A stretch of DNA of 64,000 nt from Adineta vaga (lineage: Eukaryota; Animalia; Rotifera): assembly GCA_021613535.1 (NCBI GenBank), contig CP075495.1:12834001-12898000 (forward strand), read 5' to 3'. Numbering within the stretch: position 1 is the first letter of the stretch; every line of letters begins with the position of its first letter. Positions 26,002-44,003 of the stretch are shown here, piece by piece. The translations under genes were made by a program, and so were the position numbers. Below the pieces are notes generated by a model, which was not told where the DNA came from, ran no database searches, and saw only the letters and a program-made list of their open reading frames with translations.

Positions 26002-28698
26002 CTAATTATCTGACGTATTCATCGTCTTATTTAGTTTGATCGTTTGCTCGGTTGGTGTTTTATCTTTTTTTCGTTCCTTTAAAAATTGTACTATGTACAA
26101 TGTCATTGTCACACAACCAGATAAACCCATAAAAACTCCAGCAATTATCAATGATAATTTGTAACCATAATGTTCAGCAATCCATCCTAATTTAAGAACA
26201 ATCTCAATGATACAATTTTTCTATTTCAAATTCATCACTTTACCTCCCATAACGGGTCCGAATAATGATGAGAGTCCTTGTCCAAGTAGAATGAGTCCAT
26301 ACGCTGATGTTAACAATTCTAAACCACACATATTTGCAAGTATAATAGATGTTAATGCATAGTTCGCTGATACCGATAATCCAAATAGAAGAATAACTAA
26401 TACTAATGCCGTATATGAATGTACAACAAATGGAATTAGACAACTCGCAATACTGCAAAGTATTGCACCGATATTGTAGAGTACTAATTCATCAATAACT
26501 GAATAATTCGCTACAAAACCAAAGAAAAGTTGACCAAAAAATTGACCGATACCAAGAATGGTAACTAACATCGTCATTTGTGCTTTTGAATAACCAATAA
26601 CCGTTTCGCCATAGTCAACTAGTGAAAATCAATCTGATATATATTTACAACGAAATAATGTTTTATCTTACCTGGAAATAAATAGATTAAATCATAGAAT
26701 AGATAAAAAAGAAATTGAGAAATAAAAATGAATACATAGCGATAATCACGAAATAATTGTAAACCTAACATTCGACGTAATGTATGAAGAAATGATAAAC
26801 CTTTTCGATAAAAAAGTAATCGACGACGTCGATGTCGATGATGTCCAGATCCGTCTTCATCATCTGATTCCGATGATGAACTTGATATTGATGTTGCTGA
26901 TTCTTCATAAACATACGATTGAATTAAATCAGGACAACTTGTGGCAGATAATGCTTGTTTTTTTTCCGATAATTTCATTGGTACATTACCAGGATAGAAA
27001 ATATCTTTTTGATTTATTGGTTGATAATAAACTTGTAATAGATGTTGAGTTTGTTTAGTAGGTGCAAGTGTACGAAAACGAACAGAAGGACGTCGAGGTC
27101 CAGTTGTATCTTTATTTAATATTGGTAATAAATCAATATGTTCTTCAAAATATGATGGTAAAAAGTGAATTTCGAAAAAAACAAATATGTTTACCTGGTT
27201 TGATAATGGATTCTTTTTTATTGACATTTTCTTCAAATGGTAGTTGAGATGAGAATGTAATCTGTTTTTGTTCAGCAAGAATAGGTATGGGTCGATCACG
27301 TCCATGGTGACCAAGATGATGTGCTGTTGAAGTTCTCTTATCAATTAATGGATTTTGATTTTGATTTGGAACAGTTAAGGTATTATTTCGTTCTTTTGTT
27401 TTATTTGATATTAAATAACGAAAATTTGGCATACGAAATAATTTTGGATTAGTTCCTGTTTCACCTTGTTTTTTCGTTATTTTCTTCCAACGTTCATTAA
27501 TAAATGTCATATCATTGAAAATTTTCTCTCGAAATGTTATCATATCTATTTTTGGACTATTTTCATGTTGAATTTCTGTAATATCATCTGCTGAATAAGA
27601 ATCAAAAAGATCCGATTCATTGGCAACGGATATTGAATCGTTATCTTCATTGATTGTTGAAACTCGTTCGTTATTTGAAATCGATATACTTACAGATTGA
27701 TTTGCGTGACGTAACGCACATTGTTTATCCATATCATCGACAAAACGTTGTAATTTCTCCATTGATGTCATGCATGATGGTGGTAAGCGTATATCATTCC
27801 TAGTATGATGATAATTTTTATCTTTTCGATGAAATGTAAATTCAGCAGGACGAAAAAGTGCACCAAATAAAACAATAGTAAAAAGAATGCCCGATAAACA
27901 TAGAGTTGTATTTTGCCAATCGCCATAATAATCATTTAATATATGAATTAATTGTGCAACAACGGCATTTCCAAGACCTAGATATTTATTTTCGATGGTT
28001 CATTCTTCAAATCTATTTTTTTAACTAACCTGTTCCACCGACAGCAACAGCTGTTGCAATAGCACGATTCTCATCAAAATAGTGTGCTACAATAACAACT
28101 GCAGGAACATAGACACATGATAGACCAATACCTATATAAATATACACATATATAAATAAATAAAAGATATCTAATTGATTTTTTTTCTATCTTTACCACA
28201 CGTAATTCCAATACCAATTAATGCGCCCATAAAATTACCAAAATATGAAGCAAAAAGTAAGCCAAGAGAACAAAGTAAACCACCTATCATCGTCATAATA
28301 CGGCAACCAATTTTATTAACTAATGCACTACATAATGGTGCTAAGAGAAGAGGTAAACTAACAAATAATGATGCAATTATGCCGACAGTATGTAATTCAA
28401 GATTTAAATCATCTTTAATTGAATGCATAAGAATACCAAATGAAAAAAGGAGACCATCAGCAACAAAATGTACACAGAATGAACCGAATACAATTACCCA
28501 TCGCCATGATGTTGTACGACGAATGACAGTGTGAGATGATGAACTATCTGTTGTGTTTGAATCATGACGTTCACGACGTTTTTGTTTTCCTGTACAAGCT
28601 GAAAGTAATTGAAAAGATGCAGATGATGATGATCGAGGTGGTGGTGCTGGTGCTGGTGCTGGTGAAGAAGATGGTTGTAATGAATCATCAGATAACAT
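26002..28698 (-). CDS. MFS monocarboxylate-transporter (SLC16) family protein with a long central cytoplasmic loop
   Basis: WRWVIVFGSF.VHF..DG..FSFG, PL.SALVNK.GCR, YVPAVVI.AHYF...RAIATA.AV.G.G.G, GALFRP, and a C-half with G...GQLFFG and L.SAYGL..L.QG...L.GP..G. Confidence 0.9.
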
Positions 28699-30375
28699 TC
28701 TGTTATTTGTAAACGTTCTAGTTTTGATTTAACCATGCAGCAAAAATCGTTTGGAAATAAAATCTGCTTTGATGATTTGAGCAATGATGTAAAATTTACA
28801 AAAAAATCAGTTAAAAAGTTTTTGTTTATAGTTGAAAAATAGTAAATCGAAGTGGCCATACACCTTGACGGTGTTATTTATATCTTTATCTGAAAACATC
28901 AGTATATATATATATAGGAAAAAGCAATTCCGACCAGCTGAAAACTATTTTTCTATAATCCAAGTAAATACTAATCAAAAAGCAAAGAATAGAGATCTCG
29001 AAAACAATAACAAAACAGCAATTTTTATGTAGAATAATTGTTAGTCGTCTTTGTATCTAATTATGGTCACATTATGTGACAAAAAAGACTGGTAGAACGA
29101 GAGAGAGAAAGCCAGTAACGAGCGAAATCAGTTGGTTTTGACGGCGGATATAAGTAAAGAAAAGTCTCACGGGAATAACTCATATGTTCTTTCTTTTCTC
29201 ATTCTACGACATTTGTATCGTAGAAAAAGAAAGATACACATTTATGTTGTTTTTTTCTTTTCTTTTTCTTGTTATTCGATTCGCTACACACGATAAGAAA
29301 TAAACTGAGTACAAAATACAAAGAAAAATAGTGCTGAGTAAAAGTATTGAAATAAAGAAAGAAATTGTTTAAATAGAACACATTTATTTGATTCGAAAAT
29401 GATTTTGAAGAAAAATATAACAACAATAATGATGAAACATTGAGTTCTTATTTAACATAGATTAGTATGAGAATTCTCATAAGATCAGACAAAGTCACTG
29501 TTTCTTTTTTGCTGTACTAATATTTGAAGTATGTTTATCTTCAAATACGTTAATAGAAAAAACACATAGTACAATATTGATTTGACAATATCAATTTTAT
29601 TTCGACTTACACATGTTTAAAATTCATTGGTCTCTCAATTAGCTCTTAATTTATTGAACCAGGAGTACATTATCCTTGTTGACATGTCATATGTTCTGTT
29701 CTCGAAAATTCAATTATTTGTTATGTAAATATTTTTGTCCATCATCCTTATCATCATCTGTTGACAAAGATTATTTATTCAATTACATTCCAATACATTC
29801 ATCATCATCATATTAAATTGATTTTTTTCGAAGAAAAATAATCTGAAAAAAAAAGAAGACGCCAATCGAATTTTTCTTTTCTTTAAAAGATATTGCCAAT
29901 TAAGTTTCCATTGTTATTCTTACAAGATGACAAACAAACAAACAAAAAACAAGTTCAACGAAATACGATAAGCGGAACAAAAAGAAATAGATGTAGAAAA
30001 ATAGCCAGATATTTCTTTGTAGAATCCATCAATAAGATGTAGTAGTCTGATGTAGCATCTGACAGAAAAATGTTAAGAAATGTGCGTAGTACTAGTATAA
30101 AGAAATAAACAAAATGAACGAAAGATGAAGAGAAAAAGAAGTATTTGAATAGAAGACACATTAAATTCAAAGATGTATGTACGAGAATTACATAACTAGT
30201 ATGGAAAATTTTAATAAGCAATGACAAGAAGCAAAAGGAAAATGATTTGATAATTTTTAATTTCAGGAAAAAAAAAGAAATGATTTTGGGTTTTGGGTTT
30301 TTTTTAAGAACGAAAGACTACTGGTGATTGTGAAAAATCAGGAAGAAATGTTTAGAAAAACGAAAGAAAAGAAAA

Positions 30376-33094
30376 TTAATCCGTTGGATATCGTACTTTA
30401 TCAAACCAACCGTTGAGCATCGTACGTGCTTCACAGATGATATCTGGTAAACAGTATTCATTTGGTAAAGCTTGTTTAACATTTTCTTCAAAATAGGAAA
30501 AAAATGGAAACCATATTCTCATTCGATTTTTATCCCGTTGAAAATATGTTCGATTATTTGCCAAACTAAAAAGCAAAATATTTTGTTTTACATTGTTAAG
30601 TAAGATATATCTTACGTATGATAATATATAAATAAACGGGAACTAAGTACCCATGCAATAAGAATATCAATGGAATAATGTTGATGACCAGCCAAGATGA
30701 AAAACATCCCAGTTAAAGCCATAATCCAACTGAGAAAATGGAGAAGATGGTATGAACGTGGGGAATCTTAGAATAAAGAAAACAGAGTTTTTTTAATAAC
30801 ATGTTTTTACTTAGCATATCATTTTTCTATATCAATATCATTTTTAACATCTTGATATATATATATATCCGCAACGGAACTATACGTTCTTTTTTTTTCT
30901 TCGTGTCATCAGACTAATTTTCTAACTAATGATATGAAGTTAAGTAGCATAATTTATCTTACTAAATTTTAAAAAATATCTTTATAGATCAAAATGAAGA
31001 AAATTTTTTCCGTTTTAAAATAATGTATCAATTAGAAAGAAACAAGTCTTTCATCTACTATTCTTTATCAGCAAGAATAATAAGTTCATGATTTTTATTA
31101 TTCAGAAAATCATAATGATATGAAATTATATATAAATAGATAAATGTCAAGATAACTCATGACTGTTGTTACTCAATAAAATTCTAATCTTCAAGAAAGT
31201 CTTCCAATATTTCTAAGACATCGATATCATCATGTGTATTATACAGATTATATGAACTGTATAACATTCTTTTCCTTAAGAATATCTAAAATAATGTTCA
31301 ATTAATATCATTCTTTACATACATTCGTTGATGAAATGTGTTGCTAGTACAAGTGTACAAGTATGCCCACTATATAAATAATCACCACATGTTTTAACAC
31401 CGAATGATGACATTCCTTGACCAAGAAAAATTAAAGTTGCTTTTTTTAAACGAGCAGCAAAGCTAGCCAATCTCTACAATAAAAGAAATCAATTAAATAC
31501 AATAATTCATATTGAATTAAAACATACTTCTGGTCGACAATCGGTTGTTTGTGTAGCTACTGGTAATGATGTAAAAACCATTGTTAAACTACGAAGAAAA
31601 TAAAGTGCAGCCGCAATCGCAAATAATCGACGAATAATAATCAGTCTAAATAGAAAAAAACAAGATATTTTGATAAATATTTGTAATTAAAATATTCATT
31701 ATGAAGTATATATTGATGTAAGTATGCGTTTAAGTACGGCAAGTAACGTAAGATTAATCTTCCATGTTGTTTTAGGTGTTTATTTTGTTAATATAGATTG
31801 AATTACTTACGATTATTCAAAAAAAAGTCTTATTATAGAAAAGATGAAAGATAAAATTCAATATTAAAGACAAATATATTTACCGATGTCGATGAAGAAC
31901 TAAGATCATAATGAGAGTAAGCACTTCGATAAGAATGATTTTTTCAGTAACTGAAAATGCCCATGGAATTTGTTTAACATTGTCCAGAATAAGATCAGGT
32001 AATGGTGGGAAATTTTTTGGATCCGGTAAACGTTCATCAACGATCGTAATAATAAATGAACAAAAATATACAGTAGATAAGGCAAGAAGACATGCCGATA
32101 GAGTCTTCTTTCGATCGGAACGTATTGAACCAACAAAACAACAACCTGTTATTGGTTGATCTTCAATTTGATCAGCTGGTGTACGATGTGGATTCAATAA
32201 TGGATTTGTAATACGTTGTGCTGTCGATGTTGATGAGGGTGGAAGAATATTAACTGACGTATTTGATGTTGACATACTATGCGAAGAAGATCGTCGATGA
32301 TTTTGTTGATTATTTGTAGAACGTGTCATTGTTAATGGTGCACGTTCGATCAATATAGTTGTTGGTGTTGCTGTTTGAGTTTGATTTGTGTTTGTTGATG
32401 TTATTGTTGAAAAATTTTGATGTAATTGTTGATGATGATGGTCTTCTTGTTGATTCGGATTCATTTGTACGGTTGTATGTGATGCTATTGATGACAATGA
32501 TGAAGATGAGGATGATGCAGATGCTGATGATTGCGTTGTTGGCATTATTGGTACTGCCGCTGCTGCTACAGCTGATGATGATGGAGCAGATACACGAGAT
32601 GTTGTAGGACGAACTTGTATCAAAGGAGAAAGAGGTCGGAGTGGTATGGGTGCTTGTAATGGGGGTGGAGTGAAATAAGATGATGCTGTCATTGGTAGGG
32701 ATTGTTGAAATTGTCTTTGATGTAGTGATGATTGTCGTTGTGTCCATATATGATAATTACTTGAATAGAATTGTTGTAATTGTTTAATTTGTAACCATAA
32801 TTCATTACTTTTTGTTGTACCTTTTAAATTTAAAACATCTTCTTCTTTTAAGTTCATTAATCGTTGACCATTCATACGATGTTGAGAACAAATCAAATCG
32901 ATACAATCCTCTAAATCACATTTTATAAGCCATTCTTTAACTTGTTCTATTGTCCACGTCGATGGATTCGTTGTTGACAACGGTGGCAATGATGATGTAG
33001 AAAATGATGATGGAAGTGAAGAATGTAAGGCATTTGATGATGTTAAACTATTAGTCAATTGATGTGAATTAGCAGGTGGAGTTGAAATAAGCAT
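30376..33094 (-). CDS. SAM-domain sphingomyelin-synthase-family protein, paralogue 1 (long Ser/Thr/Gln-rich linker)
   Basis: SAM (WTIEQVKEWL...MNGQRLMNL.E.D), D1 PPLPDLILD, RRLF...LYFLRS.TM..TSLP, D3 CGDYIYSGHT and D4 GHQHYSIDI. Confidence 0.9.
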
Positions 33095-34191
33095 TCTTTT
33101 CGCTTTTTCCTCTTCTAAAGAGAAAGAAAAATAGTATAAAAACAGGTTTGGAATGTTTGCAGAAAATGAGAAAAAGAAAAATCAATCTAATCACTCTCAC
33201 AGAATATCTACTAAATCAGATTGAAAGAAATATGTCATGATGTGATTAAAATGTCTAGAATAGAAGAAAGATAGAGGAAGATAGACAGCAAGAGAGAACG
33301 AGAAAGAAAAACAAAAAATTTTCTGACTCGATGATAGATGAGACGAAAATTCATAAACAAAAAATCAACAATTCTTATGGATCTGTTTAGTTTAGTGTTA
33401 TGCTCTATCGGTAATATCTGTCAGAAGAGATATACGCATAAATCAGACACATTCAGTTGACATTCACTTTCTCGAGTACGTTATATTAATTCAAATAAAT
33501 TTGTCTATTGAAATAAATAGAGTAATTGATGTTGACACTCAAAGAAGTTCAACAAAAACAACAGAAAAGAAAACCTTATTACTTGCTACACGTCACTTCA
33601 TTTTACGACTCAACCTAGAACAAACTTTATTGCCTATTTGTTCGTCTCTTCGAGTTACCCTATCTTTTTTACGACATGTAAAAATGACAAGATTTACACT
33701 ATTAATCAATATTGATTGATGGATAGGAAAATGAGTCATTACTATAGATGACGTTATTCTAATAATGTAAACTTTGATATCTATTTCCTTCAAGTAAAAC
33801 TCAAAAACAAGGTACAATATAACATATATTAATCTATTCTACTATATTCCAAGAGAAAATCATTTGTAGTAACTCGGCCTTCGTTTTCCTCTATATCTCA
33901 AATTACACAAGAAAAACACCAGTCTTATTTTACTTACTGTTCTTATTTACTTTAATTTCACGTAATACGGTTTGTTATCAGCTTAGTTTTTTAACGTCGT
34001 CATTTGATAACTATCTGAAAATAAAAATAAAATAAAATAAAATAAATATATATCTGTTAGTTATTCATTCCAAACAAAGGCGAAAAGAAAAAAATACGTC
34101 ATATATAACTGCAGTAATTCATATAGAAGAAAGATTATAATAAAAAATAAATATCAACGTCTCAATAGATGTAAGTAACAATCACTTATTG

Positions 34192-36086
34192 CTATTTTTG
34201 TTTTTGTCTATGAATATTACGATTATTTTCATCACATTTTACTGAAGATCTCTCATCGATGATGTCTTCATGTATATGGAATGATTTTAATGGCCATGGC
34301 ACACGGAATACATTAGGAACCATACATTGAACATTTTTTTCAAAATATGAAAACATTGGAAACCATATGGATAAACGTTTATCTGATTGTGAATGTAAGA
34401 CAGCATTATTTGCTAATGAATGATAATATAGAAATAGACGACTTGTCAAAAAGAATGCAATAAAGACATCAATGGTATAATGTTCATGTGCAGCAAGAAT
34501 TAAAATCATACCAAATATATTACAAAACCAAGAAAGAAGATGTACAACATAGAAATCTGATGTTGTATCTAGAAAACGAAATGAATTCGTATGTCTTTTA
34601 TGTTCTTATTCAATTCTTACATTCTGTAATACAATGATTTAATAGAGTTAATACAACTGTATGGCCAGAAAACATATAATCACCACATGAACGTACACCT
34701 TGAATGGATAATCCTTGAAAGAGAAAGATTTGCAGACACCGAGTAAAGATTTCTATAGAAGTGCCATATTTCTAAATGAAAAACGAAACAAACAAATAAT
34801 ATTTAATAAATTTGAGAACAAAGAGAATGTGTAACTTACCAATGGAGTGCAATCAAGGTGATGACCGGGTACCTGAAATATATTTGATAACGAAATACAT
34901 GATTTGAATAGATAAATTTTAATTAAGGGAAATATGTGAGAGATATTTTCCCCATACTGATAATAAGAACAAAATTTGTTTGTTTTTTTTCGTTGTCTTT
35001 AACAAAGTAGGTGTCTATTCTATCACTTACACTTAATGATGTCACTAACATTGTAATAGATCGAAGAAAAAAAATTGTTCCAGCTAACGTAAAAAATCTT
35101 CGTAATATGATATTCCTAAATGAAAACAAAAAGAAAAGTAAAGCAAGGTGAAAGTATTTGAAAAGTTTTAGTTTCTATTTACCAATATTTGTGAAAAATC
35201 AAGATTAATAAAAATGTCACACTCATTATAACGATAATATATTCACTAACAGAAAATGCCCATGCTAAAAGATAAAGGAACATGTCTTTCTATATCATTA
35301 AAATAGTTAAATAACTTACAAATATGTGGAATATTATCAAGAAAAAGATCGGGTAATGGTGGATATCTAACAATAAAATGATCAGATCTACATTCCGAAA
35401 GATCGTATTCATTACTTTTGTACATTTGGAACACGATTATGTACAACAACCATAATAAATGATGTCCAAATTCCACTAATTAATGCATAAATAAAACTAA
35501 CTAATAATTTTCGTTTTTCACCTTTTGCAGTATTAAAGATTGGTTTTTGTTCAGAATGAATTTTACATGAACTGTACATATTATGTACATTGGATTCAAG
35601 TAAATGTGTTGGTGATAATGGTGAATGATTATGTTTAAAATTATCATTATCAAACGACTGTTGTTTCATTGATGTTAACATTTGAATTTGTTCATTCGTA
35701 TCATTGTGTAAATATGGTGTAGAAATACTTAATGGTGAATAGAAATTCTTCTCTTGACATTGTAATAAACGAATATGATACCATAATTTTTTGACATCAA
35801 CTAAACGTTGAATAGCTAATGGTGCTTGTCTAAGATCATCTTCTTTCATTAATAATAATGTTAAACCATCAATACCATTTTGATTACAAAATTTATCCAC
35901 AAAATTTGATAAATTTAATGAACAAAGCCATTCTTCAACATCTGTTGTTGTCCAAGATAGAACTGAGAATTTGTTCAGATTCTTTTTAAAATAAATAAAT
36001 ATATGTTATAAATAGATTTCACAACATTTATTAATACATACAGTATGAAAATCACCATTCGTCTTTGATTCTCTTAATTTAGTCAT
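34192..36086 (-). CDS. SAMD8: SAM-domain sphingomyelin-synthase-related protein (SMSr/SAMD8-like), paralogue 2
   Basis: SAM ([10 protein letters not shown]...[22 protein letters not shown]), [28 protein letters not shown] and [14 protein letters not shown] are SMSr-type signatures. It includes a 33-bp exon [11 protein letters not shown] (34841-34873). Confidence 0.85.
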
Positions 36087-39000
36087 ATATAATTTTATGA
36101 AAATAAATTCCTATCTGAAAATATTTTGTCAAGAATTCTGATCTGATCGCTTTTAATAGAATTTATGAGAAAAAATGATTAATTGACTACCATTATTGTT
36201 TCGACGTCCCTACGTCATCATAACGTTGTTTACTATTCGTTCGTTCTTTCTTAGATAAGGATTAGTTATGAGAAACTAAAAAATAGGTCCCGATAGATGT
36301 CATAATAGATCAGTCATCAGTTTTTGTTTTATATAAACGCAATTCTTTTCATGTCTTCTATGTGATGTACGCAGATTAATACATATATAGGTCATAATGG
36401 AAAAATTTTGACCTTAAAATTCTTTTCCATCAGACTTTTTCTTTTATTTAAACCAATATATTCTACTTAAAGTATAATGTTTGTTGTTTCTTATTTTTTA
36501 TAAAAGTAAATGTTCGTTGTATTATTTAACTTTGACTTCTACCTTTCAGAAATGATAACGTATAGCTATGCATGACAGAGTGTATTGAAAAAGAAGAATT
36601 CGTTTATCGTATCGTACAAAATGACAAGGATTTCTGATAATTAATATTTAACAAAACTAACTTACGTGAATGAATTGCTTAATTTGGATATAGAATCATC
36701 TAGATATCACCAATCTGTATTTGATTGTATATAACCAAATCTATCATCTATATGATAAATATAATACTATTGTGATTATAACTATTATGTACGCAAATAT
36801 ATATGTGTATATATCCAGACGGACTGAAAGGTATATCTTGTTGATAGATCATTGCTGTCTTCATATGGATAGTTATTTCATGATTTTTGGACGAGAATCA
36901 ATCTATAATGAAGAAGAGAAATTGACGTAATTTTATTGTTTTCTTTTGATAATAACAGAAAGCGGATAATCTCATTCCGTTATTAGACATTTAAATACTA
37001 TATTATGACATGAGTCGATACTATTGGAATGTAACTGCATTGTTTTTCGACATGTATTTGAGTTTTTCCAACAAAAATTATATGGAATGTTTTAATCTCT
37101 TATCGGGACGTGACGAACTACGATAGTGTGCAAATTGTATTTAGGACTACACTTCCTTACTTTCTATTTTCTTTACCATCTTGTGTATTAATCTATAATA
37201 TGCTAGAGACAATTTTCTCATTCGTTTTCTTTCTAAGTTTGCGAGATGAAAATCTTTGATAGACAAGAAACGCATAGTTGATACCAGCCGTGTTGTTTTG
37301 ACTTGTTATTGTGGCAATTTTATATTGCCTGTTAATAGTAAATGGAGTATATCTACAATTGATAAATGTTTACATATTCATAAGATGCATCATCAATACT
37401 CATATTTTCAAAGAGAACTGAAGCATAGATTCTATGGATAATATAATAAATATCATCACGATAGTTTTATTTTTGTAGGTATTTATTCTCGGATATGGAA
37501 ATGATAATTTCACAGATTGACAAATATTTTCCATTAGTGTTAAATCATACCCATTTGTATCTTGAGGGTATGAATCTTAGTATTGCATTTATTTTTCACT
37601 CATACTTACACTCCTTATTCATCTTTGTTCTTGAATAGTTCGTATGTAACTCATTATACGTGAAGGAAGACAAAGATCAAACTCTTTTTTTCTTTCGAAA
37701 ACCAATTATATTTGATATCAAATAGATAAGATTTATTTGGAAAAATGGACGATTATAACCAAGACGCAAACTCATAGAAATGTATTCATGAATGAAATCA
37801 TTTTATAGTGATAAATTCTGTTTATCAGTAAGAAAAAAGTTTAGATCAATTGCAAAATTCATCTCAATCATAAAGTTGTGAATATTTAACATATGTTAAC
37901 TTTGCCTTCTGGTGTAACTTTTTTCACAATAAAACCCTTTTTCTTAATCAAAGTTGAATAGACAATCTGGTCATTTATATTTTAACTGTTTCTATTCTAT
38001 TGAAATTGAACTCATCTAATGATATCAATCGATCTGATAACGATATCACGTTGTAGATATCCCGGTCGATTATTTATGAACAAAAGAAATTATTCTCCTA
38101 ACCAATTCTGTTGTTTATGCAATATCAAGTGTAGGAAAAAAACAAAACGAATTTTATTTTAATAATATTTCGAGCAAAAAAAGTAATCCTTAGTTTTGCT
38201 TAGATAAAAAAATTCATTTGTGCATACATGCCTAAAACAGATTAAATATAAAAGTCGATCATCACCAAACAACACAGACTTGTTACTTATTTTTATGTCT
38301 TGTCTTCCGCATGAGGATGTATTTCACATATATCTCGAGTAGAAATTTAATCTATTAAATGTCGCCCACCAGTCAGTCGATTGCTTCCGGCTATCTGGTC
38401 GCGCATTTATGCACACGCTTTCAGCTTCAACGATCGTCAATTAATACTGTTGTTCAATTGATCAATCGATCGATTGAGGTATATACAATATTGCTCACTG
38501 TCTTTCATTGCCATATTAACATGACAACATCCATCTGTCAATGAGTTGAAAACATACATAGACGACGACCGGTAATCGTTCGACTTGTCACTGTATATTT
38601 TAATTCGGTTTTTTTCTTCTTTATTTCTCTGGAGATTTTTCAATGCCTATTCGTAAATTAACGTTATAAATATGAAATGAGATCGTTGGACAATAATGAA
38701 TGGACAATGGCCAGAATCATCGCGTGTCTCTGTCTGTTCGCATTAACACATCTATTCTTTGTCGTTGTTGGAGATAATCAAACTAGTTCAAAGAATATGC
38801 ATTTTCTTGCTCACATCTATCGGAATAAAATTCAGTTAGCTTTATCTTTTTAGTTATGGAAATCGCATCATCATCGTGCATTCTATAACATCGTTGAAAT
38901 CATTTTTGGTAGATTAAAGGAAGAGTCAAATAAGCTTAATTAAAGAATAAAAAGATCTATTAAAAAACTGTAGGGGGTGACAATAATATCAAGACACAGG

Positions 39001-39519
39001 AACAGTTCATTTGTTTCTTTTCTATAGAAAGCTAATTGTGATTCATGCAAATAACTTTATACCGGCTGTTCAATGATTTCTTTTTTTTCTTCGTTTCTGT
39101 GATCAATGTTCAGACAAAATTATTTTCCAAGTTAGTTCAATTCATTCTTATTTTGATGATTTTTGTATACAACGACAGGGAAAAAACTAATTAATAAGGT
39201 AAAAAGAAAAGAGTAGAGAGAGAAAAAGAAAAAAAACGACGGTTATTATCATTCTTGCATTGTTCTATGCACACATACACACGCACACAAACAAACAAAC
39301 AGATACCTGCGCGTATATGTGTTGTTATTAAATTGTACAATACTTTTTTAAAAAGTGCACAGAAAAGAAAAGGGAAAATGAATTGCATTTCAATAATTAA
39401 AGCCACACACACACACATAATTAGATGTACGCCAATACGACAAACGAAAGAAAATAAATATAGATGTAGAAGAGAGAGAGAGAGAAAAAAAACGAAAACG
39501 AACTGAATAGATGTAAATG

Positions 39520-44003
<4,484 letters not shown>

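Noticed and set aside
29467-29482. 16-bp palindrome TATGAGAATTCTCATA
   Set aside because: Isolated and AT-rich, with no supporting context.
22739-32747. Antisense or alternate-frame ORFs over MARCH6, MCT and SMS exons
   Set aside because: Shadows of real coding exons, caused by low-complexity codon usage.
38280-38900. Slightly GC-richer patch downstream of COE, possible ncRNA or TE relic
   Set aside because: No recognisable RNA family, stable hairpin or protein motif could be established by eye.
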